The notes under the pieces: model-generated
What the model was told of the DNA's origin: nothing
Seen by the model: only the letters and a program-made list of their open reading frames with translations
The model's database searches: none
Part shown: positions 1-10,808 of the stretch, piece by piece
Layout of the letters: every line of letters starts with the position of its first letter
How positions within the stretch are numbered: the stretch's first letter is position 1
DNA from: Escherichia coli
GTDB taxonomy: Bacteria; Pseudomonadota; Gammaproteobacteria; Enterobacterales; Enterobacteriaceae
Assembly (NCBI RefSeq): GCF_050320075.1
Contig: NZ_CP190018.1
Reading direction: 5' to 3' (one strand)
Length of the DNA stretch: 64,000 bases
Made by a program: the position numbers and the translations under genes

Positions 1-442
1 CGAAGTGAAAAAAGAAGATATGTCGATGCAGGCGATTCGTCACTGGGGCGAAACACACAGTGAAGCCGAGGTTCGCGAGCTGTTGGAACAGAACCCGTCT
101 TTCGTCTTCTTTAAACCGCAATCTTTTGCACCGGTGAAAGGGGCAAGTGCGGTGCCGCTGGTTGGCCGTGCTTCTGTTGCCTCCGATCGTTCAATTATTC
201 CGCCAGGTACTACCTTGCTGGCAGAAGTGCCGCTGCTGGATAATAACGGCAAATTTAACGGTCAGTACGAATTGCGTCTGATGGTGGCGCTGGATGTCGG
301 TGGCGCAATCAAAGGCCAACACTTCGATATCTATCAAGGGATCGGGCCGGAAGCCGGGCACCGCGCAGGTTGGTACAACCACTATGGACGTGTCTGGGTG
401 CTGAAAACGGCTCCGGGCGCAGGTAACGTCTTTAGCGGCTGA
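1..442 (+). CDS. mltA: membrane-bound lytic murein transglycosylase A, C-terminal part (5' end outside window)
   Basis: Frame open from window start to stop at 440-442; translation recognised as MltA C-terminus; followed by tcdA as in E. coli. Confidence 0.8.
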   Translation, partial: EVKKEDMSMQAIRHWGETHSEAEVRELLEQNPSFVFFKPQSFAPVKGASAVPLVGRASVASDRSIIPPGTTLLAEVPLLDNNGKFNGQYELRLMVALDVGGAIKGQHFDIYQGIGPEAGHRAGWYNHYGRVWVLKTAPGAGNVFSG

Positions 443-517
443 TGTGATATTCTGTATGCCGTTTTTACGGATACGACAGGGTGAGGGATAACCTCGCCCT
501 TTTTATTCTGAGGTGCT

Positions 518-1324
518 ATGTCTGTGGTAATTAGTGATGCATGGCGTCAGCGTTTTGGTGGCACAGCGCGTCTGTATGGTGAAAAAGCGTTGCAACTGTT
601 TGCTGACGCGCATATTTGTGTGGTCGGTATTGGCGGTGTCGGTTCCTGGGCGGCGGAAGCGCTGGCGCGCACAGGGATTGGCGCAATCACGCTTATCGAT
701 ATGGATGATGTGTGCGTCACCAATACCAATCGGCAAATTCATGCCCTGCGCGATAACGTTGGGCTGGCAAAAGCGGAAGTTATGGCGGAGCGTATTCGCC
801 AGATTAACCCGGAGTGCCGTGTAACGGTGGTGGATGATTTCGTGACGCCGGATAACGTAGCGCAGTATATGAGCGTGGGTTATTCATACGTGATTGATGC
901 CATTGATAGTGTACGGCCCAAAGCGGCGCTGATTGCTTATTGTCGGCGCAATAAAATCCCGCTGGTCACGACTGGTGGCGCGGGTGGGCAGATTGACCCG
1001 ACGCAGATTCAGGTTACCGATCTGGCGAAAACGATTCAGGACCCGCTGGCGGCGAAGTTGCGCGAGCGCCTGAAAAGCGATTTTGGCGTAGTGAAAAACA
1101 GCAAAGGTAAGCTCGGCGTGGATTGCGTGTTCTCTACCGAAGCGCTGGTGTACCCGCAGTCAGATGGCACGGTCTGTGCAATGAAAGCTACGGCGGAAGG
1201 GCCAAAGCGGATGGATTGTGCATCTGGATTTGGTGCCGCGACGATGGTGACCGCCACCTTTGGTTTTGTTGCGGTTTCTCATGCGCTGAAGAAGATGATG
1301 GCGAAAGCGGCCCGTCAGGGGTAA
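518..1324 (+). CDS. tcdA: tRNA threonylcarbamoyladenosine dehydratase (ThiF/MoeB-like E1 fold)
   Basis: 268-aa ORF with Rossmann GxGxxG motif (VVGIGGVGSW); recognised as TcdA/CsdL. Confidence 0.9.
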   Translation: MSVVISDAWRQRFGGTARLYGEKALQLFADAHICVVGIGGVGSWAAEALARTGIGAITLIDMDDVCVTNTNRQIHALRDNVGLAKAEVMAERIRQINPECRVTVVDDFVTPDNVAQYMSVGYSYVIDAIDSVRPKAALIAYCRRNKIPLVTTGGAGGQIDPTQIQVTDLAKTIQDPLAAKLRERLKSDFGVVKNSKGKLGVDCVFSTEALVYPQSDGTVCAMKATAEGPKRMDCASGFGAATMVTATFGFVAVSHALKKMMAKAARQG

Positions 1325-1374
1325 ACAATCAGGTCGAATGCGACGCGAACGTCTTATCCGACCTGGTTCTGTGC

Positions 1375-1818
1375 TTAAACCTGCTTCGCCACAGCGATAA
1401 TCGCCTCGCTTAACGCATTCAACCCCTGGCTTCGTGAGGCGCTAAGCTGCGCACGCAATCCCAGCTCATCAAACAATGCCAGCGGCGACTGTGCCTGCAA
1501 TTCGGCGGCGGTTTTCCCCTCAACGGCAGTCAACAACACCGCCAGCAGGCCGCGCACAATGCGCCCTTCGCTGTCGCCAAAGAAATGCATCTTGCCGTTT
1601 TCAGCCATGGTATATCCCAGCCAGACGCGGTTTTCGCATCCGGCAATCTCTTTAGCCTGCGCTTTTAACTCGTCTGGCAAAGCAGGAAGCTGTTTCCCCA
1701 GCATGATCAACTGGCGATATTTATCTTCCCATTGCGTCAACGGTGCGAAGGTATTGCGTAACGTTTCTGCGGTTACGGTTGTGCCGAACGGATGTCCGGC
1801 GAATTGCGGGTTCGTCAT
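1375..1818 (-). CDS. csdE: sulfur acceptor protein CsdE (SufE-like)
   Basis: 147-aa ORF recognised as CsdE; start overlaps csdA stop by 1 nt. Confidence 0.9.
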   Translation of the reverse strand: MTNPQFAGHPFGTTVTAETLRNTFAPLTQWEDKYRQLIMLGKQLPALPDELKAQAKEIAGCENRVWLGYTMAENGKMHFFGDSEGRIVRGLLAVLLTAVEGKTAAELQAQSPLALFDELGLRAQLSASRSQGLNALSEAIIAVAKQV

Positions 1819-3023
1819 TAATCCACCAATAATTCCAGCGCGCGGTCAACGGCATTCACCAGCGCATCCACATCACTCTTTGTATTATATGGCGCAAAAG
1901 AGGCGCGCAGTGTGCCGGTTACGCCTAATTCTGCCAGTAGCGGCTGAGCGCAATGCTGCCCGGCCCGCAGGGCAATACCGTACTCCGCCAGCAGCGTCAC
2001 CATATCGCTGTGATGAACGCCAGCAAAATCAAAGGCCAGCAGGCTGGAATCCTGGCAGCGAAATGAGCGGAAGCCAGGACGTTTTGCCAGCGCATCTTCC
2101 GCTAGCGTTGCTAAGCTACGGCTCCAGCTTTCGGCCTGGTTGATATCGTAATCTGCCAGCCATTCCAGCGCCGCGCTTAATCCTATGACACCAGCGACAT
2201 TTGGCGTTCCGGCTTCCAGTTTCCACGGCGCAGATTGAGTCGTGAAGCCGTCAAAACTCACTTCGTGAATCATTTTGCCGCCACCCAGCCAGGGTGACAT
2301 CGCTTCCAGCAGTTCTGATTTGCCATACAGCACGCCGATACCCGTCGGGCCATACAGTTTGTGACCAGAGAAAGCATAGAAATCAATATCCAGTTGCTGA
2401 ACATCCGCAGGGAAATGCACCGCCCCCTGAGCACCATCAACCATCACCACCATCCCGGCTGAATGAGCAAAGGTAATCGCTCGCGCCAGATCCGGGCAAC
2501 CGCCAGTCACGTTCGACATCTGACCCAACGCCAGAATCCGACTACGGGGAGTAATCAGTTCTGGCAACAAATCGACATCCGGCAGTCGCTGCGCATTAAG
2601 CGGCAATTTCACCACTTTGGCTCCCGTTTGTTGGGCGACCATCAGCCAGGGGACGAGGTTGGCGTGGTGTTCTGCCACGCTGACAATAATCTCATCGCCC
2701 GGTTGCAGACGTGGACGCGCATAGCATTGTGCCACCATGTTGATGGATTCAGTGGTGCCGCGCGTCCAGACGATAGTTTTGTCATCTGGTGCATTCAGTA
2801 ATTGCGCCACTTTCTCTCGTGCAGCTTCATAACGCGCGGTCAGGCGTTGGGCTTCGGCAAACTGGCTGCGATGGACGTTTCCGGCGCTCAGGCTGTAAAA
2901 CTGTCGGGTGGCTTCAACCACGGCTTCAGGTTTAAGCGCGGTCGCGGCGCTGTCGAGATAGACGCCCGCATCCTGAAGTGCGGGAAACTGGGCGCGAAAC
3001 TGCGCGGGATTAAAAACGTTCAT
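1818..3023 (-). CDS. csdA: cysteine desulfurase CsdA (PLP-dependent)
   Basis: ORF 1818..3059; start placed at ATG 3021-3023 (MNVFNPAQF...) giving 401 aa; upstream extension likely an alternative-start artefact. Confidence 0.9.
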   Translation of the reverse strand: MNVFNPAQFRAQFPALQDAGVYLDSAATALKPEAVVEATRQFYSLSAGNVHRSQFAEAQRLTARYEAAREKVAQLLNAPDDKTIVWTRGTTESINMVAQCYARPRLQPGDEIIVSVAEHHANLVPWLMVAQQTGAKVVKLPLNAQRLPDVDLLPELITPRSRILALGQMSNVTGGCPDLARAITFAHSAGMVVMVDGAQGAVHFPADVQQLDIDFYAFSGHKLYGPTGIGVLYGKSELLEAMSPWLGGGKMIHEVSFDGFTTQSAPWKLEAGTPNVAGVIGLSAALEWLADYDINQAESWSRSLATLAEDALAKRPGFRSFRCQDSSLLAFDFAGVHHSDMVTLLAEYGIALRAGQHCAQPLLAELGVTGTLRASFAPYNTKSDVDALVNAVDRALELLVD

Positions 3024-3211
3024 GGTACTCCTCGGCTTGATGAACCGATCGTGACGCAAAATTCACTTTGATACAAGGAGAGTGCTAACCATCAGAATTA
3101 TCTGGATATCCTGGCGAAGCCGCGTAAGTAACATATGCTGAATAGTGTTAGGCGTTAATTTTAGCCTGTTAATCAATACTATTAAGATTTATTAATCGCT
3201 TTAAGGAGAAG

Positions 3212-3442
3212 ATGATGAAAAAGACTGCCGCAATTATTTCTGCCTGTATGCTGACTTTTGCCCTGAGCGCCTGTTCCGGTTCGAACTATGTGATGCACAC
3301 CAATGACGGACGTACCATCGTCTCTGACGGCAAACCACAGACTGATAACGATACCGGTATGATTTCGTATAAAGACGCTAATGGCAACAAACAGCAGATC
3401 AACCGTACTGACGTGAAAGAGATGGTCGAACTGGATCAGTAA
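3212..3442 (+). CDS. ygdI: small lipoprotein (DUF903 family) with lipobox LSAC
   Basis: 76-aa ORF with signal peptide and lipobox cysteine (FALSACSGS); position between csdA and gcvB. Confidence 0.75.
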   Translation: MMKKTAAIISACMLTFALSACSGSNYVMHTNDGRTIVSDGKPQTDNDTGMISYKDANGNKQQINRTDVKEMVELDQ

Positions 3443-3458
3443 TTCGCGATCGCAAGGT

Positions 3459-3664
3459 AAAAAAAAGCACCGCAATTAGGCGGTGCTACATTAATCACTA
3501 TGGACAGACAGGGTAAATGTACAGGAAGTGAAAAAAGGTAGCTTTGCTACCATGGTCTGAATCGCAGACCAATTGCAAACACAACAACACAACATCACAA
3601 CCGTAAGCCAAAAGTTCACCAGAACACGCATTCCGATAAAACTTTTCGTTCCGGCTCAGGAAGT
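3459..3664 (-). ncRNA. gcvB: GcvB small regulatory RNA (Hfq-dependent, represses amino-acid and peptide transporters)
   Basis: Reverse complement begins ACTTCCTGAGCCGGAACGAAAAG and ends in hairpin GCACCGCCTAATTGCGGTGC plus T8; GU-rich stretch GTTGTGATGTTGTGTTGTTGTGTTTGC present; divergent from gcvA. Confidence 0.9.
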
Positions 3665-3792
3665 GCCGCCACTATAGGTATTTGCTGGTAGAAGCTCAAC
3701 GGACAATTTATAATGGCTCAGATTAAAAAAACTAATAGGTTACACAGTGTGATCTAATTGTTAAATTCATTTAACATCAAAGTTTAAAAGCC
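3665..3792. promoter_or_regulatory. divergent gcvB / gcvA promoter region
   Basis: 128-bp AT-rich interval between the gcvB 5' end and the gcvA start; location only, sites not mapped. Confidence 0.5.
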
Positions 3793-4710
3793 ATGTCTAA
3801 ACGATTACCACCGCTAAATGCCTTACGAGTTTTTGATGCCGCAGCACGCCATTTAAGTTTCACTCGCGCAGCAGAAGAGCTTTTTGTGACCCAGGCCGCA
3901 GTAAGTCATCAAATCAAGTCTCTTGAGGATTTTCTGGGGCTAAAACTGTTCCGCCGCCGTAATCGTTCACTCCTGCTGACCGAGGAAGGGCAAAGCTATT
4001 TCCTCGATATCAAAGAGATATTTTCGCAATTAACCGAAGCGACGCGTAAACTCCAGGCCCGTAGCGCCAAGGGGGCGTTGACGGTCAGTTTACTCCCCAG
4101 TTTCGCCATTCATTGGTTGGTTCCGCGACTTTCCAGCTTTAATTCAGCTTATCCGGGAATTGACGTTCGAATCCAGGCGGTTGATCGTCAGGAAGATAAG
4201 CTGGCGGATGATGTTGATGTGGCGATATTTTATGGTCGGGGCAACTGGCCGGGGCTACGGGTGGAAAAACTGTACGCCGAATATTTATTGCCGGTGTGTT
4301 CGCCGCTACTGCTGACTGGCGAAAAACCCTTGAAGACCCCGGAAGATCTGGCTAAACATACGTTATTACATGATGCGTCGCGCCGTGACTGGCAGACATA
4401 TACCCGACAGTTGGGGTTAAATCATATCAACGTTCAGCAAGGGCCAATTTTTAGCCATAGCGCCATGGTGCTGCAAGCGGCTATCCACGGGCAGGGAGTG
4501 GCGCTGGCAAATAACGTGATGGCGCAATCTGAAATTGAGGCTGGACGTCTTGTTTGCCCGTTTAATGATGTACTGGTCAGTAAAAACGCTTTTTATCTGG
4601 TTTGTCATGACAGCCAGGCAGAACTGGGTAAAATAGCCGCCTTTCGCCAATGGATCCTGGCGAAAGCCGCTGCTGAACAAGAAAAATTCCGCTTTCGTTA
4701 TGAACAATAA
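3793..4710 (+). CDS. gcvA: LysR-family transcriptional regulator of the glycine cleavage system
   Basis: 305-aa ORF with N-terminal LysR HTH (LNALRVFDAAARHLSFTRAAEELFVTQAAVSHQIKSLE); recognised as GcvA. Confidence 0.92.
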   Translation: MSKRLPPLNALRVFDAAARHLSFTRAAEELFVTQAAVSHQIKSLEDFLGLKLFRRRNRSLLLTEEGQSYFLDIKEIFSQLTEATRKLQARSAKGALTVSLLPSFAIHWLVPRLSSFNSAYPGIDVRIQAVDRQEDKLADDVDVAIFYGRGNWPGLRVEKLYAEYLLPVCSPLLLTGEKPLKTPEDLAKHTLLHDASRRDWQTYTRQLGLNHINVQQGPIFSHSAMVLQAAIHGQGVALANNVMAQSEIEAGRLVCPFNDVLVSKNAFYLVCHDSQAELGKIAAFRQWILAKAAAEQEKFRFRYEQ

Positions 4711-4728
4711 TTTACGTAGGGTACGACC

Positions 4729-5124
4729 ATGACCAGCCGTTTTATGCTGATTTTCGCCGCCATTAGCGGCTTCATTTTTGTGGCTCTGGGCGCTTTTGGC
4801 GCGCATGTGTTAAGTAAAACCATGGGGGCCGTTGAGATGGGCTGGATCCAGACCGGTCTCGAATATCAGGCGTTCCATACGCTGGCGATCTTAGGTCTGG
4901 CGGTGGCAATGCAGCGTCGCATCAGTATCTGGTTTTACTGGAGTAGCGTTTTCCTCGCGTTAGGCACGGTGCTGTTCAGCGGCAGCCTTTATTGCCTGGC
5001 GCTGTCCCATCTGCGTTTGTGGGCATTTGTCACACCGGTTGGCGGCGTGAGCTTCCTCGCGGGCTGGGCGTTAATGTTAGTTGGTGCTATCCGTTTAAAG
5101 CGCAAGGGCGTAAGTCATGAATAA
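4729..5124 (+). CDS. ygdD: DUF423 inner membrane protein
   Basis: 131-aa hydrophobic ORF with about four predicted TM segments; K-12-like position. Confidence 0.8.
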
Positions 5125-6217
5125 GGTTGTATTGCTGTGCCGTCCGGGCTTTGAAAAAGAGTGCGCCGCAGAAATTACCGATAAAGCCGGCCAGCGGGAA
5201 ATTTTCGGTTTTGCCCGCGTGAAAGAGAATGCGGGTTATGTCATTTATGAATGTTATCAACCTGATGATGGCGATAAGTTAATCCGTGAGCTGCCGTTCA
5301 GTTCATTAATTTTTGCCCGCCAGTGGTTTGTGGTGGGGGAACTCCTGCAGCATTTGCCGCCAGAAGATCGTATTACTCCCATTGTCGGCATGTTACAGGG
5401 CGTAGTAGAGAAGGGCGGTGAACTGCGTGTTGAAGTTGCCGATACCAACGAAAGCAAAGAGTTGCTGAAATTCTGCCGTAAATTCACCGTGCCGCTACGC
5501 GCTGCCTTGCGCGATGCGGGTGTGCTGGCGAACTATGAAACGCCGAAGCGTCCGGTTGTGCATGTATTCTTTATTGCACCAGGCTGCTGCTATACCGGTT
5601 ACTCATACAGCAACAATAATTCGCCGTTCTATATGGGCATTCCGCGCCTGAAATTTCCGGCAGATGCGCCGAGTCGTTCCACGCTCAAACTGGAAGAGGC
5701 ATTTCATGTGTTTATTCCTGCGGATGAGTGGGATGAACGCCTGGCGAACGGGATGTGGGCGGTGGATTTGGGCGCTTGCCCTGGTGGCTGGACCTACCAA
5801 CTGGTGAAGCGCAACATGTGGGTTTATTCCGTCGACAACGGCCCGATGGCGCAAAGTCTGATGGATACCGGGCAGGTGACGTGGCTGCGGGAAGATGGTT
5901 TCAAATTCCGTCCGACACGCAGCAATATTTCCTGGATGGTATGCGATATGGTTGAAAAACCGGCGAAAGTTGCGGCATTGATGGCGCAGTGGCTGGTTAA
6001 TGGCTGGTGCCGTGAAACCATTTTCAACCTCAAACTGCCGATGAAAAAACGCTACGAAGAAGTGTCACACAATCTGGCGTATATTCAGGCACAGCTTGAT
6101 GAACATGGCATAAATGCTCAGATTCAGGCGCGGCAGTTGTATCACGATCGCGAAGAAGTGACGGTGCACGTCCGCCGTATCTGGGCTGCGGTGGGTGGTC
6201 GTCGCGACGAGCGATAA
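5117..6217 (+). CDS. rlmM: 23S rRNA 2'-O-ribose C2498 methyltransferase
   Basis: 366-aa ORF recognised as RlmM (YgdE); 8-nt overlap with ygdD. Confidence 0.88.
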
Positions 6218-6225
6218 CAGGCAAG

Positions 6226-6250
6226 GCCGGGGCGTCGTCTCCGGCCTGCT
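6226..6250. terminator. intergenic hairpin between convergent rlmM and fucR (possible bidirectional terminator)
   Basis: AGGCCGG-10 nt loop-CCGGCCT stem-loop at 6224-6247; no strong U-tract on either strand. Confidence 0.3.
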
Positions 6251-6260
6251 ACCCTTTCCG

Positions 6261-6992
6261 TCAGGCTGTTACCAAAGAAGTTGCAACCTGGCGCTCATCA
6301 GAAATAATGTGCGTTACCTCATCCAGATGCCCGATGCGGGCTTCCCCTGAACGATTAAATTTACTTTTATCAATCAATAACAACGATTGCGCGGCGCGTT
6401 TTAATAGCATTGATTTGTAATCAGCGTTGATGGCATTGGAGTCCCACAGTGCGCCGCTGCTATCGATCCCTTCACAAGAAAAAATAAACAGATCGATTTC
6501 CAGCGATTTAAGTTGGGAAATCAGCGAGGGATTGACGTAACAGCCATATTTGCGCTCAAGTGTGCCGCCGGAACTGATTAGTTGAATGCGTTCGCGTTTA
6601 CCGAGTTCATGGCAAATCGGATGGCTATTGGTGAAGACCTGGATGTTGATGTCAGGCAACTGGCGTGCCAGATACCAGCAGGTTGAACTGGCGTCTAAGG
6701 CTATTACCATCCCTTCTTCAATCCACGCGAGCGCCTCGCGCGCGATATCTGCTTTATGCGCATAATGGCTTTTCAGCCGGATGTGAAAGGGATCGCCACT
6801 GTCTTGATTTTGACGGTGGATATATTTAGCGCGCCCATGATTGCGCAGAATTTTACCCTGCGTCTGTAATTCATTGAGATCGCGACGAATGGTTTCTTTA
6901 CTGACCTTTAGCTGTTCAGAGAGAGCTTCCGTGGTCAGGCTGGTATGGTTCAGCAGCAGGTCGACTATCGCTTGCTGGCGTGCCGCTTTCAT
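6261..6992 (-). CDS. fucR: DeoR-family L-fucose operon activator
   Basis: ORF 6261..7001; start placed at second ATG (MKAARQQAIVDLL) giving 243 aa; DeoR-type HTH near N-terminus. Confidence 0.9.
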   Translation of the reverse strand: MKAARQQAIVDLLLNHTSLTTEALSEQLKVSKETIRRDLNELQTQGKILRNHGRAKYIHRQNQDSGDPFHIRLKSHYAHKADIAREALAWIEEGMVIALDASSTCWYLARQLPDINIQVFTNSHPICHELGKRERIQLISSGGTLERKYGCYVNPSLISQLKSLEIDLFIFSCEGIDSSGALWDSNAINADYKSMLLKRAAQSLLLIDKSKFNRSGEARIGHLDEVTHIISDERQVATSLVTA

Positions 6993-7049
6993 ATTTTTCA
7001 CCCCATCATTCGATAACCGCCCGCGTCATGCGGGCGTACCGGTATGAGA

Positions 7050-7472
7050 TTACGGTGTTACCCCTTTTTTTAAAAGAATATTCCCGTACTTCGCTCGTTC
7101 GCCTGTGATAACGATCGCAAAGGCTTTTTGTGCCCGTTCATAAAACGCAAAACGATTGATGCGGATGATGTCAGGACACGGGGCTTGTAGTGAAAGCGCA
7201 TTACGATAACGTCGTTCTACTTCAGGATCGAGAGTGTCACCTTCTACCGCCGCCATCATCACCAGCGGCGGTGCATAACTGTCCAGTTCAAATAACGGGA
7301 TTATCGCCTGGAGCAAGTCGCTCACCAACAGGCCATCAGCGCGGATCACCTGCGGTCCCATCGAATGGGCGGGAAAGTGAGCATCGGAAAAAATAATTTC
7401 ATCTCCATGTCCCATCTCTGCCAGCACTTTCAATAGTTCGGGAGAAATTAACGGCGAAATTGTTTTCAGCAT
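7050..7472 (-). CDS. fucU: L-fucose mutarotase
   Basis: 140-aa ORF recognised as FucU (RbsD/FucU family). Confidence 0.9.
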
Positions 7473-7473
7473 T

Positions 7474-8892
7474 TCACACTTCCTCTATAAATTCAGGTTC
7501 AGTTTGCGGGTAGAAATAACGGTACTGATAATGAATCTGCGCGCGAGCTTCTTCCGGGCTGTTAAATTCCCCTACGCCATACCAACCGAACAGCGCAGCT
7601 CCTGCGACGGTCGTTTCGGCGTCGTCGAGAACTTTTACCGGAATATCAAGCATATTGGCTTTAATCTGATTCCACAATGTGTTGCGACTTCCTCCACCTA
7701 CTAACAATAATTCAGAGGCTTTAAAGTGCCCGATTTTTTCCAGCATCTGTAGATTGCGCTGTAATTGCGCGGTTAACCCTTCCAGCGCCGCGCGATAGAA
7801 ATGCCCCCGCGTGGTATTAAGCGTCACTCCTTGCCAGCCAGCGTTCTGACACGACAATAAATCACACTGCATTTTCACGCCATCCGCGCCAGGCGCGATC
7901 AGACGAGCCTCTTCAATCAACATTTGCCAGGGAGTTTCAGCCGTCCAGAACAGCTTTCTCACCCATTCCAGCACGCCGGATGCCAGCCATTGCATACCTG
8001 GGTTATACAACCCTGCCTGACTATCCAGTTCGCAGGTCGAACCGGCGTACTGACTTAACAGCGAAGTATCAACCTGGGCGCTACGGACCATTAAAATTTC
8101 CCATGTACCGGAAGAGAGCACGGGTTCATTTTGTTCGGCACCAGCGCCAAAAAGGGCGAACTGGGTATCGTGACCTGCGGAAATCACCGGTATGCCAACG
8201 GGTAAGCCGAGCATTGCTGCGGCGCTGTTCTGTAACGTACCAATCTGTTCACCCGCTTCCACCAGACGAGGGAAGAGTCGGCGTGGAATACCGGTGGCTT
8301 GTAAAATTTGCGGACTGAAATCGCGTTGCTGGATATCCAGCATCTGGCTGGTTCCGGCCATCGTGATATCAGTAGTGAATTCGCCGGTTAAACGGTGGTT
8401 AATCAGCGACGAAATAAACAGCCAGGCGTGCGCGCGTTCCAGCAGTTGTGGATGATTTTCTTTCAACCACACCAACTTATATAACGTATTGAAACTAAAG
8501 GCTCCGACGCCAGAAATAGCCTGCAACTGCTGTGCGGAGATCAACCGTTCAATATTGTCCATTACCGCTGCTGTTCGCGGACATTTCCAGCTAATGATCG
8601 GATAGAGCAGATTGCCTTGCTTATCTACCAGAGCGCCATCCACACCAAAGGTGGTGACGGCGATACCGCGGATGTGGCATTCAGTCAGTTTACTATTGAT
8701 TTGCCGACAGCAATCAGCAAAGCGTTGCAAAATGGCGTCTAAAGACCACTGGTGCCAGGTGTTGTTTTCCATCGCGATATCGCTGGCATTAGGCGTTGAG
8801 GCGCGGGCAACAATTTTTCCCTGCCGATTAACCGCGATGGTCCTGACATTGGTCGCGCCACAGTCGAGTACCAGGATAACTTCTTGTTTCAT
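7474..8892 (-). CDS. fucK: L-fuculokinase (FGGY kinase)
   Basis: ORF 7474..8922; start placed at [15 protein letters not shown] giving 472 aa. Confidence 0.9.
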
Positions 8893-8910
8893 AATCGCTC
8901 CTGCAATATA

Positions 8911-8978
8911 GCCGGATAACATTGCTTATCCGGCTAACCACTCTTGCTTGTTCAGGCCCGGTAGCCGGAGCGACCGGG
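8911..8978. repeat. REP-like palindromic hairpins in the fucI-fucK intergenic region
   Basis: GCCGGATAA-cattgc-TTATCCGGC (8911-8934) and CCCGGT-10 nt-ACCGGG (8957-8978). Confidence 0.45.
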
Positions 8979-9000
8979 CATCACATCAGGGAGTAATGTA

Positions 9001-10776
9001 TTAACGCTTGTACAACGGGCCGTAGTTCTGGCAAGCGCGATAATCCTGGCCTTCAATATCCATGCCGTGCGCGGCCCAGGCAGAAGGACGATACACTTTG
9101 GTCTCTTCAACGTTGTGCATACATACCGGGATACGCAGCATGGAGGCAAGAGTGATAAAGTCTGCGCCAACGTGGCCGATGGTTAGAACCCCGTGGTTAG
9201 CGCCCCAGTTCGCCATTACCGAGTACACATCCGTAAACGGCCCTTTACCGGTGAGGCGCGGTGCAAACCAGGTGGTTGGCCAGGTTGAGTTGGTGCGTTT
9301 GTTGAGGATGTCATGCACATCCTTCGGCAATTCCACGCTCCAGCCTTCCGCGATTTGCAGTACCGGTCCCAGGCCTTTGATGATGTTGACACGAGTCATG
9401 GTGAACGGGACGCCGCCTTCGGTAAGGAAGCGGGAAGAGTAACCGCCGCCACGGAAGTATTCGTGGATCGCCGGGCACCATTCGGTAGCGGCGAGGCAAG
9501 CGTCAGCCTCTTGCTGAGAGATTTCCCAGTGCGGCTTCATCGTCGGGTTACCTTCGCTGTCGCGTTGTTTACAGGAACCGTCCAGCGCAGCAGAACCGGA
9601 GTTGATCAAATGGATGATGCCGTGTTCTGCCAGTCCGTCCAGTTTATGCCCCGTTACACGCTCAATTGCTTCTGGTGACCAGTAGGTACGCACATCAGCA
9701 AATACCTGAGCGGTGCCGGTGAGCTGGTGACCCATTAGCATTGCCACGCCGTTAAGACTGTCGTTTTCGGTCGCCACGACAAAGGGTTCGCGCACGCCAT
9801 TCCAGTCAAATGAACTGTTAAGGATCGCTTCGGCGGTGTCGCCATTGGGATATTGATCGGTCCAGTGACGTTGTCCCTGGAAGCCCGCAGCGATGGCGTT
9901 GTAGCCAAGTGATTCTTCCACGCGACCAATATCGGCCAGTTTGCTGTTGCCTTGCATCATGTCGCGGATACACATTGCCATCAGTAAACTTTCGCGCAGA
10001 ACTGCGCGGCTTTGCTCGGCATTGCGTTGATACTGTTTGTTATTTTCATCTTCGCCATAGCGGAAGTTTTTATCAGCCCAGGCCAGCGCCATTTCCAGTT
10101 CGGCTTCGTCGTAAATCTTCTGATCGATACGGCGACGCAGTTCGGTCATATCCACCGCCTGGACTTTCATTCCCAGCCAGGATTCAAAGAAGTTGTGATC
10201 AACAATAGAACCGGCGATACCCATCGAAACGCCGCCCAGCGACAGATAGCTTTTACCTTTCATGCTGGCGACGGCCAAACCGGCGCGGGCAAAGCGCAGC
10301 AGTTTTTCTTCAACATCAGCAGGAATCGATGTGTCATCGGCATCCTGAACGTCATGACTGTAAATGGAGAATGCCGGGATACCTTTCTGGCTGTGAGCTG
10401 CCAGAGCCGCTGCCAGGTAAACAGCGCCGGGACGTTCAGTGCCGTTAAAGCCCCAAATGGCTTTCGGGCGGGTTGGATCCATGTCGATGGTTTCACTGCC
10501 ATAGCACCAGCAAGGCGTTACCGTAATGGTGAGGCCTACATTCTGGCTGCTGAATTTTTCTTCGCAAGCAGCGGCTTCAGCCATACCCGCGATACAGGTA
10601 TCGGAAATGACACACTCGACGGCAGCTCCGCAGGCATGGCGCAGTTTCTCGGTCAGCAGTGCGGCCGTAGCTTTCGCCATATTCATTGTTTGTTCTTCAA
10701 GCGACTCACGAACACCCATGCGACGACCGTCAATAACCGGGCGGATACCAATTTTCGGTAAGCTGATTTTTTTCAT
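9001..10776 (-). CDS. fucI: L-fucose isomerase
   Basis: 591-aa ORF recognised as FucI. Confidence 0.93.
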   Translation of the reverse strand: MKKISLPKIGIRPVIDGRRMGVRESLEEQTMNMAKATAALLTEKLRHACGAAVECVISDTCIAGMAEAAACEEKFSSQNVGLTITVTPCWCYGSETIDMDPTRPKAIWGFNGTERPGAVYLAAALAAHSQKGIPAFSIYSHDVQDADDTSIPADVEEKLLRFARAGLAVASMKGKSYLSLGGVSMGIAGSIVDHNFFESWLGMKVQAVDMTELRRRIDQKIYDEAELEMALAWADKNFRYGEDENNKQYQRNAEQSRAVLRESLLMAMCIRDMMQGNSKLADIGRVEESLGYNAIAAGFQGQRHWTDQYPNGDTAEAILNSSFDWNGVREPFVVATENDSLNGVAMLMGHQLTGTAQVFADVRTYWSPEAIERVTGHKLDGLAEHGIIHLINSGSAALDGSCKQRDSEGNPTMKPHWEISQQEADACLAATEWCPAIHEYFRGGGYSSRFLTEGGVPFTMTRVNIIKGLGPVLQIAEGWSVELPKDVHDILNKRTNSTWPTTWFAPRLTGKGPFTDVYSVMANWGANHGVLTIGHVGADFITLASMLRIPVCMHNVEETKVYRPSAWAAHGMDIEGQDYRACQNYGPLYKR

Positions 10777-10808
10777 TACAGATTCCTCACTTTATTCGGA
10801 AAATATGT

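Noticed and set aside
3182-3475. 97-aa minus-strand ORF overlapping ygdI
   Set aside because: Antisense to the lipoprotein gene and running into the GcvB terminator; no supporting features.
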